Origin: Alphaproteobacteria bacterium
Lineage (GTDB): Bacteria; Pseudomonadota; Alphaproteobacteria; UBA6615
Direction of reading: 5' to 3'
Assembly: GCA_002727315.1 (NCBI GenBank)
Contig: PBWR01000006.1
Coordinates: 256,094-320,093, forward strand
Length of the DNA: 64,000 bases
Under the pieces are notes generated by a model, which was not told the origin of the DNA, did no database searches, and saw only the letters and a program-made list of their open reading frames with translations. A program made the position numbers and the translations under genes. This document shows positions 23,561-33,724 of this stretch, one piece after another (position 1 is the stretch's first letter; each line of letters starts with the position of its first letter).

Positions 23561-25596
23561 GTGTTGGCACAAAGGAAAAGCAGCAAGAAGGCAGCACCTC
23601 AACGGACAGCATCACGCGGCCACAATCTGCAGCTCGAACCCGATCTCCTCGAGGATTTCTATCGCACCGCCGTGCGTATCCGCACCTTCGAAGAGCGTGT
23701 CAGCAGGCCTTCGAAGAGAACATCATCAAGGGGACGGCGCACTCGTCGGTCGGCCAGGAAGCGATCGCCGTTGCCACCTGCGCCAATCTGCGCGACGACG
23801 ATTTCATCGCCACCCATCACCGCGGACACGGGCACTGTATTGCCAAGGGCGCCAGCATCGACCGCATGATGGCCGAGTTGATGGGACGCGAGGACGGTTA
23901 CTGCCAGGGCCTCGGCGGGTCCATGCACATCGCCAATCTTGATCTCAAGATTTTGGGTGCCAACGGCATCGTGGGTGCGGCGATGCCGCTTGGCCTGGGA
24001 GCAGCCCTGACAGCAAAAATGCGGACCACAGATCAAGTCGCGGTCTCCTTTTTCGGTGATGGCGGCGCCAACCAGGGCCTGTTCCACGAAGCGATGAACC
24101 TGGCCGCCGTGTGGAAGCTGCCGCTGATCTTCATCTGCGAGAACAACCAGTATGCGTTGAGCACAGCCATGACGAGCACGACGTCGGTGCCACGCATTTC
24201 CGATCGGGCCGTGGCTTACAACGTTCCCGGTACCACGGTGGACGGCAACGACGCGGCCGAGCTGTTTCATGTCATGCGCGACGCCGTCGATCGGGCCCGC
24301 GCCGGCGAAGGCCCGTCTTTGATCGAGGCGCTGACCTGGCGCTGGGGCCAGCATTCGGTACGCGGCGGAATCGCCGATCCGCGCTCGGACGACGACAAGG
24401 ATCACTGGATCGCGCGCGACCCCCTCCTTCGCCTCGAGGAGGACCTGCTGGCGCAGAAAGTCACAACCAAGAGAGGCCTCACCGCGATCCGCAAGAAGGC
24501 TGTCGAGGAATGCGAGGACGCGATCGCGTTTGGCGATGCAAGCCCCGAGCCCGACGAAGAGACCATGCACAACTCGGTCTATTCACCCCACGCCACCTAT
24601 GACGAACCCACGTCCCTTGGCGAACGCGAACTGACCTACACCCAAGCGCTCAACGAGGCGATGCACCAGGAGATGGAGCGCGACGAGTCGGTCTTCATCA
24701 TGGGTGAGGATATCGGCGCCACGGGCGGCATCTTCGGGACCACCAAGGGACTGCACGAGAAATTCGGCGAGGTCCGGGTGCGCGACACGCCGATCTCAGA
24801 GCCCGCCTTCTGCGGCGCTGGCGTCGGTGCCGCCGTCGCGGGGATGCGCCCGATCGTCGAGGTGCAGATCTTCGACTTCGTCACTCTGATGATGGACATG
24901 CTGGTCAACCAGGCGGCGAAGTTTCGCTACATGATGGGCGGCGAGCCCACCGTGCCCCTGGTCGTGCGTGGCCCACAGGGCGGTGGCATCCGGCTGGCCG
25001 CACAGCACAGCCAGAGCCTGGAGGCCTGGTTCGCCCATGTGCCTGGTCTGGTCGTCGTCGCGCCATCCTCACCCTACGACGCCAAGGGGCTGCTGACGGC
25101 GGCAATTCGCGACGACAATCCGGTCGTGTTCCTGGAACACAAACTGCTCTATTTCGGCGACGCGGCGCCTGTGCCTGAAGAGCCCTACGCCATCCCGCTC
25201 GGCAAGGCGGATATCAAGCGCGAAGGCAGCGACGTGACGATCATCGCAACCCAGGCCATGGTTGCGCGGGCCCTGTCTGCCGCCCAACAGCTCGAGAACG
25301 AGGGTATCAGCGTCGAGGTGATTGATCCGCGCACGCTCCGCCCGCTCGACGAAGAAACCATCCTGGAATCGGTCTGCAAGACCAATCGCCTGGTCGTCGT
25401 GCACGAGGCGTGGACGCGCGGCGGTTTCGGGTCCGAGGTCTCGGCGATGGTGATGGAAAAGGCGTTCGACTGGCTCGACGCCCCGGTCACCCGCGTCGGG
25501 GCCCCGGATGTCCCCATGCCGTTCAACGACCGGTTGGAACTGGCTGTGATTCCGTCGGTCGAACGCATTGTCGACGCCGTTCGCGACCTGTTCTGA
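23561..25596 (+). CDS. ThDP-dependent 2-oxoacid dehydrogenase E1 component, alpha and beta subunits fused; 1-nt frameshift near 23705
   Basis: The frame of ORF 23561..23869 gives a genuine E1-alpha N-terminus (LQLEPDLLEDFYRTAVRIRTFEERVS). The frame of ORF 23524..25596 continues from 23707 with AFEENIIKGTAHSSVGQEAIAV...FFGDGGANQGLFHEAMNLAAVWKLPLIFICENNQYA. This is followed by the beta part, ...RVRDTPISEPAFCGAGVGAAVAGMRPIVE.... Confidence 0.82.
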
Positions 25597-25668
25597 CGAA
25601 AGGACGGCGGCACCCCACCCAACGCAAACCGAATTCACGAAAAATCAAATCTAGAGGGAGAAGAAACC

Positions 25669-26532
25669 ATGTCGCTGGTCAAGTTCATTCCGGACCCGCA
25701 GTTCGACGACTACAAGGAAACCTTCAAGGACAACTACAAGATGTCGCGTCGCGATGACGGGGTCATCCTGGTCCAGGCACACACGGTCGACGGGCCGATC
25801 CAGCTGAGCGTCGAGAACCACCGTTCGGTCGCCCAGATGTTCAAAGCCGTCGGGAACGACCCCGAGAACGAAGTCATGATCTTCACCGGCACCGGCGACG
25901 ATTTCATGATGGAGCCCGACCCGGAAGGCTTCAAGATCGAGCAGGACAACCTGATGTACTGGGCCTACGAGTACGCGTTCAAGGACGGCCGGGTAAACCT
26001 CTATTCCCTACTGAACGATCTGGAGATTCCCACGATCGGCGCACTGAACGGCCCCGGCTTCCACACCGAGCTGTGCCTCATGTGCGATCTGACGATCTGC
26101 AGCGAAGACGCCATCATCTATGACCTGCACTACGATATCGGCTCGGTCCCCGGCGACGGCATCAATGTCTGCTTCCAGGAACTCCTCGGCACCAAGCGGG
26201 CGGCCTATGCCCTGTTGACCGGCCAGGCGATCAACGCCGAACAGGCGTTGGAATGGGGCATGGTCAACGAGGTCGTGCCGAAGGACAAGCTGATCGACCG
26301 GGCCCATGAGCTCGCCGACCAGATCATGTCCCAGCCGCGCACGACGCGGCGCATGTCGACCCAGGTCATTCGCCGGCCGTGGAAGCGCCGGATGACCGAC
26401 GACTTCGATGCCGGCCTGGCGATGCAGATGTTCTCGCAGGTTGCTGCCGAAAGCGCGCATCACGATCAGCGTCACATCAGCGATGTGATCGCCTATGTGC
26501 GCAAGGGCAAGAAGAACAACTTCGACGACTAG
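25669..26532 (+). CDS. enoyl-CoA hydratase/isomerase (crotonase) superfamily protein
   Basis: 287 aa containing IPTIGALNGPGFHTELCLMCDLTICSEDA...ELLGTKRAAYALLTGQAINAEQALEWGMVNEVV. Confidence 0.8.
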   Translation: MSLVKFIPDPQFDDYKETFKDNYKMSRRDDGVILVQAHTVDGPIQLSVENHRSVAQMFKAVGNDPENEVMIFTGTGDDFMMEPDPEGFKIEQDNLMYWAYEYAFKDGRVNLYSLLNDLEIPTIGALNGPGFHTELCLMCDLTICSEDAIIYDLHYDIGSVPGDGINVCFQELLGTKRAAYALLTGQAINAEQALEWGMVNEVVPKDKLIDRAHELADQIMSQPRTTRRMSTQVIRRPWKRRMTDDFDAGLAMQMFSQVAAESAHHDQRHISDVIAYVRKGKKNNFDD

Positions 26533-26625
26533 TCGCGCGGGCCAGGCAGGCCTCCGCCCGGCCGGATTCCGCCCCCGGAAACGGGGTTGCATCGATCCGG
26601 CCCGGCAATCCGCCAAGAATCACCC

Positions 26626-26660
26626 GGAACAGCCCCAATGGGGCTGTTCCTATCGCTTTC
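26626..26660 (+). terminator. candidate intrinsic terminator after the crotonase gene
   Basis: A perfect 11-bp stem, GGAACAGCCCC-AAT-GGGGCTGTTCC (26626-26650), is followed by TATCGCTTTC. The T tract is weak. Confidence 0.45.
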
Positions 26661-26742
26661 GCCCGTGTAGCCTCGCGTTGTCTGCGAGGTGGCTACATTC
26701 AGAACGCACGCGCGGACGGGGGAAAGGAACACGGGATCAGCT

Positions 26743-27612
26743 ATGACAGATACTCAATATGTAGCGCCGCAAACGCTCGATGAAGCGGTCGGCGCATTCG
26801 CCGCTGGTGGCGACGACGCCCGCATACTGGCCGGTGGCACCGACTTGCTGGTGCAGATGGAAGCGGGCGTGGTCAGCCCGGGCGTGATCGTCGACGTGAA
26901 GCAGGTCGCCGAACTCACCACGATCGAGGAAACAGCCGATAGCGGGTTTGTCGTCGGTGCAGCCGTGTCTGGCGCCGCGCTGGAAGAACATCCGCGCTTT
27001 GGCGAGGTCTGGCCGGGGGTGCTGGAAGGCTTCAACCTTATCGGTTCCACCCAGATTCAGGGGCGCGCGTCGCTCGGTGGAAACCTGTGCAACGGCTCTC
27101 CGGCCGCCGACAGTGTGCCGGCCATGGTGGCAGCGGGCGCCGTCGCAACGATTCAGGGACCGGACGGCCAACGCGAACTTCCCGTCGAAGACATCCCGAC
27201 CGGTCCGGGCAGCACCTGCCTGGCGCCCGGTGAAATTCTCGTCAGCCTGACCTTCCCGCCAAGACCGGCAGGTTCATCGGATGCCTATCTGCGCATGATC
27301 CCGCGCACCGAGATGGACATCGCCGTCGTTGGTGTCGGCGTGAGTTTGACCATCGAAGACGGCGTCTGTACCGCCGCCCGGGTCGGGGTCGGCGCCGTCG
27401 CTCCGACCGTGCTGCTGGTCGAGGATGCCGCCAAGGCCCTGATCGGCAGCAAACTGGACGATGCCGCACTGGATGCCGCGGCCGGTGCCTGCAGCGCGGC
27501 CTGCAATCCGATCGACGATAAACGCGGCACCGTCGCCTACAGAACCAAGGTTGCCGGGGTGCTGCTGAAGCGCACGACCGAAATCGCAGCCGAACGCGCT
27601 CAGGGAGCCTAG
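26743..27612 (+). CDS. xanthine dehydrogenase family, FAD-binding medium subunit (CoxM-like)
   Basis: ORF 26689..27612 trimmed to ATG 26743, which has a GGAAAGGAA RBS. It reads MTDTQYVAPQTLDEAVGAFAAGGDDARILAGGTDLLVQM and also contains IDDKRGTVAYR. Confidence 0.85.
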   Translation: MTDTQYVAPQTLDEAVGAFAAGGDDARILAGGTDLLVQMEAGVVSPGVIVDVKQVAELTTIEETADSGFVVGAAVSGAALEEHPRFGEVWPGVLEGFNLIGSTQIQGRASLGGNLCNGSPAADSVPAMVAAGAVATIQGPDGQRELPVEDIPTGPGSTCLAPGEILVSLTFPPRPAGSSDAYLRMIPRTEMDIAVVGVGVSLTIEDGVCTAARVGVGAVAPTVLLVEDAAKALIGSKLDDAALDAAAGACSAACNPIDDKRGTVAYRTKVAGVLLKRTTEIAAERAQGA

Positions 27613-27616
27613 ATCC

Positions 27617-28099
27617 ATGGCAAAGATACACGTCACCACCAAGATCAATGGCGAACCCATAGAGTTCCTGTGCGACCCGAGCGAAACCATGCTTGACGCA
27701 CTACGCAATGAACTCGGCCTGACCGGCTCAAAGGAAGGTTGCGGCTCGGGCGACTGCGGGGCCTGTTCGATCACGCTGGACGACCGGCTGGTCTGCTCCT
27801 GCCTGATGCTTGCCGCCGAGGCCGAGGGCAAGGAAATCAACACCATCGAGGGCATGGCCGAGGGCGAGAACCTGCACCCGCTGCAGGAGAAGTTCCTCGA
27901 GGAAGCTGCTCTGCAGTGCGGCATTTGCACGCCGGGCATGCTGGTCGCCGCCAAGGCGCTTCTGGACCAGAACCCCAACCCCACGGAAACCGAAGTGCGA
28001 TTCTGGCTCGCCGGCAACCTGTGCCGGTGCACCGGCTATGACAAAATTATCCGCGCGGTCCTCGATACCGCGGCAGAGATGCGGGAGGCAGCCCAATGA
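27617..28099 (+). CDS. xanthine dehydrogenase family, [2Fe-2S] small subunit (CoxS-like)
   Basis: 160 aa with the cluster motifs CGSGDCGACSITLD and CGICTPGM...CRCTGY. Confidence 0.92.
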   Translation: MAKIHVTTKINGEPIEFLCDPSETMLDALRNELGLTGSKEGCGSGDCGACSITLDDRLVCSCLMLAAEAEGKEINTIEGMAEGENLHPLQEKFLEEAALQCGICTPGMLVAAKALLDQNPNPTETEVRFWLAGNLCRCTGYDKIIRAVLDTAAEMREAAQ

Positions 28100-30345
28100 G
28101 TGAGTCCGAGAACAAGTGGATCGGCAAGAACACGATCCGTCCCGACGGCGCCGACAAGGTGACCGGTCGCGCGGCCTTCGCCGCCGACGCCAACATGCCG
28201 GGTATGATCTGGGGCAAGGTGCTGCGCAGCCCGCACGCCCATGCCGTGATCAAGGGGATCGACACGTCCAAGGCTGAGGCACTTCCCGGCGTGAAAGCCG
28301 TGGTGACGGCGACCGACATTATCGACTTCCCGGTCGACACGCCCGTCCCGCTGGGCATCCAGGACATGCGCTGGATGACCCGCAACGTCATGGCACGCGA
28401 AAAAGCGCTCTTCCATGGTCATCCAATTGCCGCCGTAGCGGCGATGAGCGAGGCCATCGCGGCCGAGGCGTGCAAGCTGATCGAGGTCGACTATGAGGTG
28501 TTGCCCCATGCGATCGAGATCGACGATGCGTTGGCGGACGACGCGCCGATCCTGCACGATTTTATCGAGTTCGATGGCAAACCGTCGAACATCGCGGGAA
28601 CGCTCGAGCACACGAAGGGTGATGTCGAGGCAGGGTTTGCCGAAGCCGATGTGATCATAGAACGCGATTTCACGACCCGGCCCGTTCACCAGGGCTATAT
28701 CGAGCCCCATGCCTGCCTGGTTAGCGTCGCGCCCGACGACAAGACTACCATCTGGTCGTCGAGCCAGGGCCAGTTCATGGTTCGCGCAATGACTGCCTTG
28801 CTGACGGGCATTCCTCAATCAAGCATTCGCGCTATCCCAGCGGAAATCGGCGGCGGTTTCGGCGGCAAGACCATCGTCTATCTGGAGACCCTGGCCACTA
28901 TCCTGGCGAAGAAGTCCGGCCTGCCCGTGAAAATGGTGATGACCCGCGAAGAGGTCATGCGGGCGTCAGGTCCGACCTCAGGCTCGAAGAGCACGGTCAA
29001 GATCGGCGCCAAGAAGGACGGCACCATCACCGCGGCTGAAGGCTTCTACTGGCTGCAGGCCGGCGGCCTTCCCGGCTCGCCGATCCGCGGCGCCGCAGGT
29101 TGTGCACTGGCGCCGTACGACATCCCCAATGGCCACACATTCGGCTACGACGTGGTCTGCAACCGGTCCAAGGTTGCGGTCTACCGGGCACCGGGTGCCC
29201 CCATTGGCGCATTCGGCGTTGAATGTGTGCTCGACGAGCTGGCCGAGGAATTGGGCATGGACCCCCTCGACTTGCGGCTCAAGAACGCGGCCAAGGAAGG
29301 CACAAAGGCCGTCCACGGGCCCACTTATCCGGTCATGGGCTACGCCGAATCCCTGGAGGCAGCGAAGGTCCACGATCACTACAAGGCACCGTTGGGCCCG
29401 AACCAGGGCCGCGGGGTGGCCAGCGGGTTCTGGTTCAACGCCGGCGGCGAATCCTCGGCACAGGTCAACATTACCGAGGACGGCAATGTGGTCGTGACCA
29501 CCGGCCACCCGGATATCGGCGGCTCGCGCGCCGGCATCGCCAACATCTGTGCCGAACTGCTCGGGATCGACTATCGCCGGGTGTCCGTCCTGATCGGCGA
29601 TACCGCAACGGTCGGATTCTCGAACCTGACCGGCGGTAGCCGTGTCCTGTTCGCCTCTTCCATGGTGGTAACAGAATCGACCAACAACGTCATCGGAACC
29701 CTGTGTGAACTGGCCGCGAAAATCTGGGACATCGACCCCGAAGCGGTCACCTGGGAGAACGGTGAAGCGCGCCCGGCGGGCGCTAACGCCGGCCAGTTCC
29801 CGCCGCTGACCCTGGAGGAACTGGCCGCACGCGCCAATGAAACCGGTGGCCCTATCGGCGCGGGATCTCAGCTCAACACGGCGGGCGCGGAAGGAGGCTT
29901 CGGCACCCATATCTGCGATGTCGAGGTCGACCAGGAACTCGGGATCGTTCGAGTGCTGCGCTACACCGTGCTCCAGGATGTGGGCCGGGCGGTTCACCCC
30001 GCATATGTCGAGGGACAGATGCAGGGCGGCGCCGTCCAGGCGATCGGCTGGGCACTAAACGAGGAGTATGTGTATGACAAGGACGGCCGGGTGGATAATC
30101 CCGGGTTCCTCGATTACCGCATGCCCGTCGCGTCTGACATGCCGATGATCGATACCTACATCATCGAGATCCCGAACCCGAAGCACCCGCAGGGTGTGCG
30201 CGGGGTAGGCGAGGTGCCTCTGGTGCCCGGCCTGGCGGCTGTGCGCAACGCGATCTACGACGCGCTGGGCATCCGGTTCAACAGCTTGCCGATGTCACCG
30301 CCGGTCATTCTCGACGCGCGCAACCGCAAGGAGGCGGCCGAGTAG
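28096..30345 (+). CDS. xanthine dehydrogenase family, molybdopterin-binding large subunit
   Basis: 749 aa. Its start overlaps the small-subunit stop (ATGA). The N-terminus GKNTIRPDGADKVTGRAAFAAD is typical. Confidence 0.9.
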   Translation: MSESENKWIGKNTIRPDGADKVTGRAAFAADANMPGMIWGKVLRSPHAHAVIKGIDTSKAEALPGVKAVVTATDIIDFPVDTPVPLGIQDMRWMTRNVMAREKALFHGHPIAAVAAMSEAIAAEACKLIEVDYEVLPHAIEIDDALADDAPILHDFIEFDGKPSNIAGTLEHTKGDVEAGFAEADVIIERDFTTRPVHQGYIEPHACLVSVAPDDKTTIWSSSQGQFMVRAMTALLTGIPQSSIRAIPAEIGGGFGGKTIVYLETLATILAKKSGLPVKMVMTREEVMRASGPTSGSKSTVKIGAKKDGTITAAEGFYWLQAGGLPGSPIRGAAGCALAPYDIPNGHTFGYDVVCNRSKVAVYRAPGAPIGAFGVECVLDELAEELGMDPLDLRLKNAAKEGTKAVHGPTYPVMGYAESLEAAKVHDHYKAPLGPNQGRGVASGFWFNAGGESSAQVNITEDGNVVVTTGHPDIGGSRAGIANICAELLGIDYRRVSVLIGDTATVGFSNLTGGSRVLFASSMVVTESTNNVIGTLCELAAKIWDIDPEAVTWENGEARPAGANAGQFPPLTLEELAARANETGGPIGAGSQLNTAGAEGGFGTHICDVEVDQELGIVRVLRYTVLQDVGRAVHPAYVEGQMQGGAVQAIGWALNEEYVYDKDGRVDNPGFLDYRMPVASDMPMIDTYIIEIPNPKHPQGVRGVGEVPLVPGLAAVRNAIYDALGIRFNSLPMSPPVILDARNRKEAAE

Positions 30346-30351
30346 TCAGGT

Positions 30352-31857
30352 TCAGAAGACGAGGCTGAGCGCAAAGAACACGGTTGCCGATAGCAGGGCT
30401 GTCGCCGGCACAGTGATAATCCAAGCCGCGACGATGGTTAGGAAATGCGAGCGGCGCACAAGCTTCCGGTGCCGCAGCGTTTCCGGCGCGGACGGCGCAT
30501 TCTGGGTGACTTCACCGCCGTTGCGGCGTGATACCATGTCCCGCCGGCGTTTGCTGCGCTTGGTGTAGAACTCGCGGAAGAAGCCCACGCCGAAGACGGC
30601 CCCCACGGCGATATGGGTCGAGCTGACCGGCAATCCGAGCCAGGATGCGATGATCACAGTGATCGCGGCCGACAATGCCACGCAATAAGCTCGCATCGGG
30701 TTCATCTTGGTGATCTGGTCGCCGACCATCCGAATCAGTTTGGGTCCATACAGGAACAAACCCAGGCTGATTCCGAAGGCGCCGATCAGCATGATCCAGG
30801 TCGGCACGGCCACCTTGCCCGCAATTTCTCCGAACTGAGCGCTGTTGATGATCGCCGCCAGCGGTCCGATGGCATTCGCGACATCATTCGCACCGTGCGC
30901 AAACGACAACAGGGCCGCCGAACAGATCAAGGGAATGCGAAACAGCTTACGAAGCGACTGGTTGCGGTTCTCCATGCCTTCCGACTGGCGCCGGATGAGC
31001 GGATGCATGACCGCCCAGATCGCGACAAACACAATCACGCCGATCAGCGCGACCGTGGTGGCATCGGGCTTCCAGACCCGCTTCAAACCCTTGATCGAGA
31101 GGTAGCAAGCGAAGGCACCCGCCATGATCGCGACCAGCATCGGGACCCAGCGCCGCGCCGCAGCGATCTTGTCTGGCTGATAGATGATGTTGATCTTGAT
31201 GAAGGCCAGGAACATCGCGGCAATCAATCCGCCCAGCAGCGGTGAAATCACCCAGCTGGCCGCGATCGCGCCCATGGTTCCCCAGTTCACGAGCTGGAAT
31301 CCGACGGCGGCAATGCCTGCGCCCATCACACCGCCGACAATCGAGTGGGTCGTCGACACCGGCGCGCCGGTGAAAGTCGCGAGATTGACCCACAATGCCG
31401 CGGAAATCAGCGCTGCCATCATCGCCAGCACGAACACGCTCGCATCGTCGACCAGCGAGGGATCGATGATGCCCTTAGAGATGGTATTGACAACGTCTCC
31501 GCCTGCAATCAGCGCGCCGGCGCTTTCGAAAACCGCCGCAATGACCAGCGCACCCACCAATGTCAGCGCCCGCGACCCGACGGCCGGCCCAACATTGTTG
31601 GCCACATCGTTGGCGCCGATGTTCAGCGCCATGTAACCGCCTAGTATGGCCGCAACGATGACCATCGCGGTGTCCGTCGTGACACCGGCGAAGACACTCG
31701 CAATCAGGGCAGACAAGCCAAGGAAGATGACGGCAATACCGTGTGACCTGATCGCCCCGGACACCGACCGCGTCGCGGCCTCAACATGGACGAGCTTCTC
31801 CAAATCCTTGTCGAGCGATCGCTTGACGAGGTTCGTATTCTGATTTTGTTCACTCAT
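30352..31857 (-). CDS. inorganic phosphate transporter, PiT family
   Basis: 501 aa, polytopic, with two GANDVAN signatures (NIGANDVANNVGPAVGS and HGANDVANAIGPLAAI). Confidence 0.9.
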   Translation of the reverse strand: MSEQNQNTNLVKRSLDKDLEKLVHVEAATRSVSGAIRSHGIAVIFLGLSALIASVFAGVTTDTAMVIVAAILGGYMALNIGANDVANNVGPAVGSRALTLVGALVIAAVFESAGALIAGGDVVNTISKGIIDPSLVDDASVFVLAMMAALISAALWVNLATFTGAPVSTTHSIVGGVMGAGIAAVGFQLVNWGTMGAIAASWVISPLLGGLIAAMFLAFIKINIIYQPDKIAAARRWVPMLVAIMAGAFACYLSIKGLKRVWKPDATTVALIGVIVFVAIWAVMHPLIRRQSEGMENRNQSLRKLFRIPLICSAALLSFAHGANDVANAIGPLAAIINSAQFGEIAGKVAVPTWIMLIGAFGISLGLFLYGPKLIRMVGDQITKMNPMRAYCVALSAAITVIIASWLGLPVSSTHIAVGAVFGVGFFREFYTKRSKRRRDMVSRRNGGEVTQNAPSAPETLRHRKLVRRSHFLTIVAAWIITVPATALLSATVFFALSLVF

Positions 31858-32357
31858 TACATTCCTCTAGCCACCTGGTGTACAGATGACACACCTGGTC
31901 CCATATCCTTAACCAATGTGCGTAAGCCCGCGCTGTCATTCTCGGCCAGATCCACCAGCAAGTTCGCGAGACCCGGGTCACCGACCAGTTCGCCGGCCTT
32001 AGCAAGGTCTACCCAGCGCCGTTCACGCCACTCGCGTTCCGGCCATTCATTATGATGCTCGGTCACCAGAAGCGGGTAGACAAACACGTGACAATCGACC
32101 CTGTAGCCCTGCCGCATTGACTTCCGATAGACGAACTCACCGACCGGTACCCCGTGCACCTCACCGACCACACCGGATTCCTCAAACGCCTCTTGCGCCG
32201 CGGTATCCGCCTGCGCCTGTCGTGCCCGCGTCCAGCCCTTCGGCAGAAGCCAGCGGTTGCCCTTGCGCGAAGTGATCAGCAGCACATCGAAGCCCTGCAA
32301 CATCGGCAAGAAGGGTAACGCGGCCACTTGTCGTAAGGTCTTATTGGCAAAGTGCAT
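31857..32357 (-). CDS. NUDIX hydrolase
   Basis: ORF 31857..32483 trimmed to ATG 32357, because upstream of it the sequence is AT-rich non-coding. The Nudix box is LPKGWTRARQAQADTAAQEAFEESGVVG. The stop overlaps the PiT ATG as TAATG. Confidence 0.72.
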   Translation of the reverse strand: MHFANKTLRQVAALPFLPMLQGFDVLLITSRKGNRWLLPKGWTRARQAQADTAAQEAFEESGVVGEVHGVPVGEFVYRKSMRQGYRVDCHVFVYPLLVTEHHNEWPEREWRERRWVDLAKAGELVGDPGLANLLVDLAENDSAGLRTLVKDMGPGVSSVHQVARGM

Positions 32358-32445
32358 AACGCAATAGATTTTGGCTAAATTTAAGGACCCTTTAATTAAC
32401 TCTGGCCGATTCCAAAAGGCTAAAAATGTGCCCCCATTTTCCAAC

Positions 32446-33666
32446 TCAGCCGGCATTAGCAGCGGCTTCGGGGCGCCAGACATGGGCGTACCATCGGCAG
32501 GCGATCAACACCGTGGCGACCAATCCGATCAGGCCGTAGCCCGTCGCCGTGGCCGCATAGCCAAACCCATCGATCAGGGGACCCGATGCGAGCAGGCCCA
32601 TCGGCATACCGTAGATCGCGAGCATGCGGACACCGAGCACACGTGCGCGCATGCGCGGGTCTGAGGTCTGGACCAGCATCACCGATAAGGGCACGAGCGA
32701 GAGCGTCTGACACAGGCCAGCAAGCATTAGGACAAACATCCCCACCAGAAATGCGTCCATCCAGGCGAAGACGAGCACCATCGCGAACCAGAAAACGGCA
32801 AATCCGATCATCATCCGACCGGCATGAATACCACGCCGCCTGGCCGCGAGCAGAAGCGAGCCAACAAGTGCGCCAAACGCAAAGCTTGCGGCCAGATAAC
32901 CCAGGCCCGTCTGGTCGGTGCCGTAGACTTCGCGCGCGACATAGGGCAGCACACCAGCCATGAGCGGGAAGGCAAAAATATTCACCAAGAGGGCGAGCAT
33001 CATCGCTGCGTACAGGTGCGGCGTTCGCCGGACATAGACAAGCCCGTCGATCATATCCCGGAGCGCGGTCGCACGTGCCAACAGATCGATGTCGGCGGGC
33101 CGGCGGGCTGTGCCGAGGGTCAGCAGGAAGGAAACGACATATAGTGCCGTAACCGCCATATAGGCATAGGCCATGCCCAAGGTCGCAACGAGCCCCGCGC
33201 CCGCCAGGGCGCCAGCAACCCGCGCGGAATCACTGGTCGTGCGAGAGATACCCATCGCACCCACCATCTGCCCCGCTGGAATGGTCTCACCCACCAACGC
33301 ATAGCGGATCGCAATATCCGACGGCCGCACGACCCCCATCAGTGAGCCGATCACGAAGACCTGAACCGGGCCCAATGCATCGAAATAGGCAAATGCGGTA
33401 AGCGCCGCCGCCTGCAGCGCGTAGAACGCCCGCATCGCGCACAACACCGTGCGTGCGCCATGCCGGTCACCAGCCACCCCGAACATGGGCGCGACAAGAG
33501 TCCCGAGGTACTGGAGGGCGCCAAACAGGGTCAGAAGCAGGATGGAGTCCGTCACGACCAGCACAAACCAGCCAAGGATGATGGTCTCCATCTCGAACGA
33601 CCAGGAGGTCGCGAGATCGCCCGGCCACTGGAACCGAAAGCCGCGCACCGAAAACGGCGCCAGCAT
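32446..33666 (-). CDS. MFS transporter
   Basis: ORF 32446..33789 trimmed to ATG 33666 (MLAPFSVRGFRFQWPGDL...). It has about 12 hydrophobic segments. The start is uncertain. Confidence 0.75.
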   Translation of the reverse strand: MLAPFSVRGFRFQWPGDLATSWSFEMETIILGWFVLVVTDSILLLTLFGALQYLGTLVAPMFGVAGDRHGARTVLCAMRAFYALQAAALTAFAYFDALGPVQVFVIGSLMGVVRPSDIAIRYALVGETIPAGQMVGAMGISRTTSDSARVAGALAGAGLVATLGMAYAYMAVTALYVVSFLLTLGTARRPADIDLLARATALRDMIDGLVYVRRTPHLYAAMMLALLVNIFAFPLMAGVLPYVAREVYGTDQTGLGYLAASFAFGALVGSLLLAARRRGIHAGRMMIGFAVFWFAMVLVFAWMDAFLVGMFVLMLAGLCQTLSLVPLSVMLVQTSDPRMRARVLGVRMLAIYGMPMGLLASGPLIDGFGYAATATGYGLIGLVATVLIACRWYAHVWRPEAAANAG

Positions 33667-33724
33667 GGATGGGCGCTCGGTCACGATCAAACGTCCCAGT
33701 TTGCCAACCGCGACGGCGTTATCA

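Noticed and set aside
26743-30345. The CoxM-CoxS-CoxL gene order suggested an aerobic carbon monoxide dehydrogenase.
   Set aside because: The large subunit lacks the CODH active-site loop signatures I recall (VAYRCSFR or AYRGAGR) and reads ...VAVYRAPGAP... instead. No coxDEF-type accessory genes follow. I therefore called it only an XDH-family hydroxylase.
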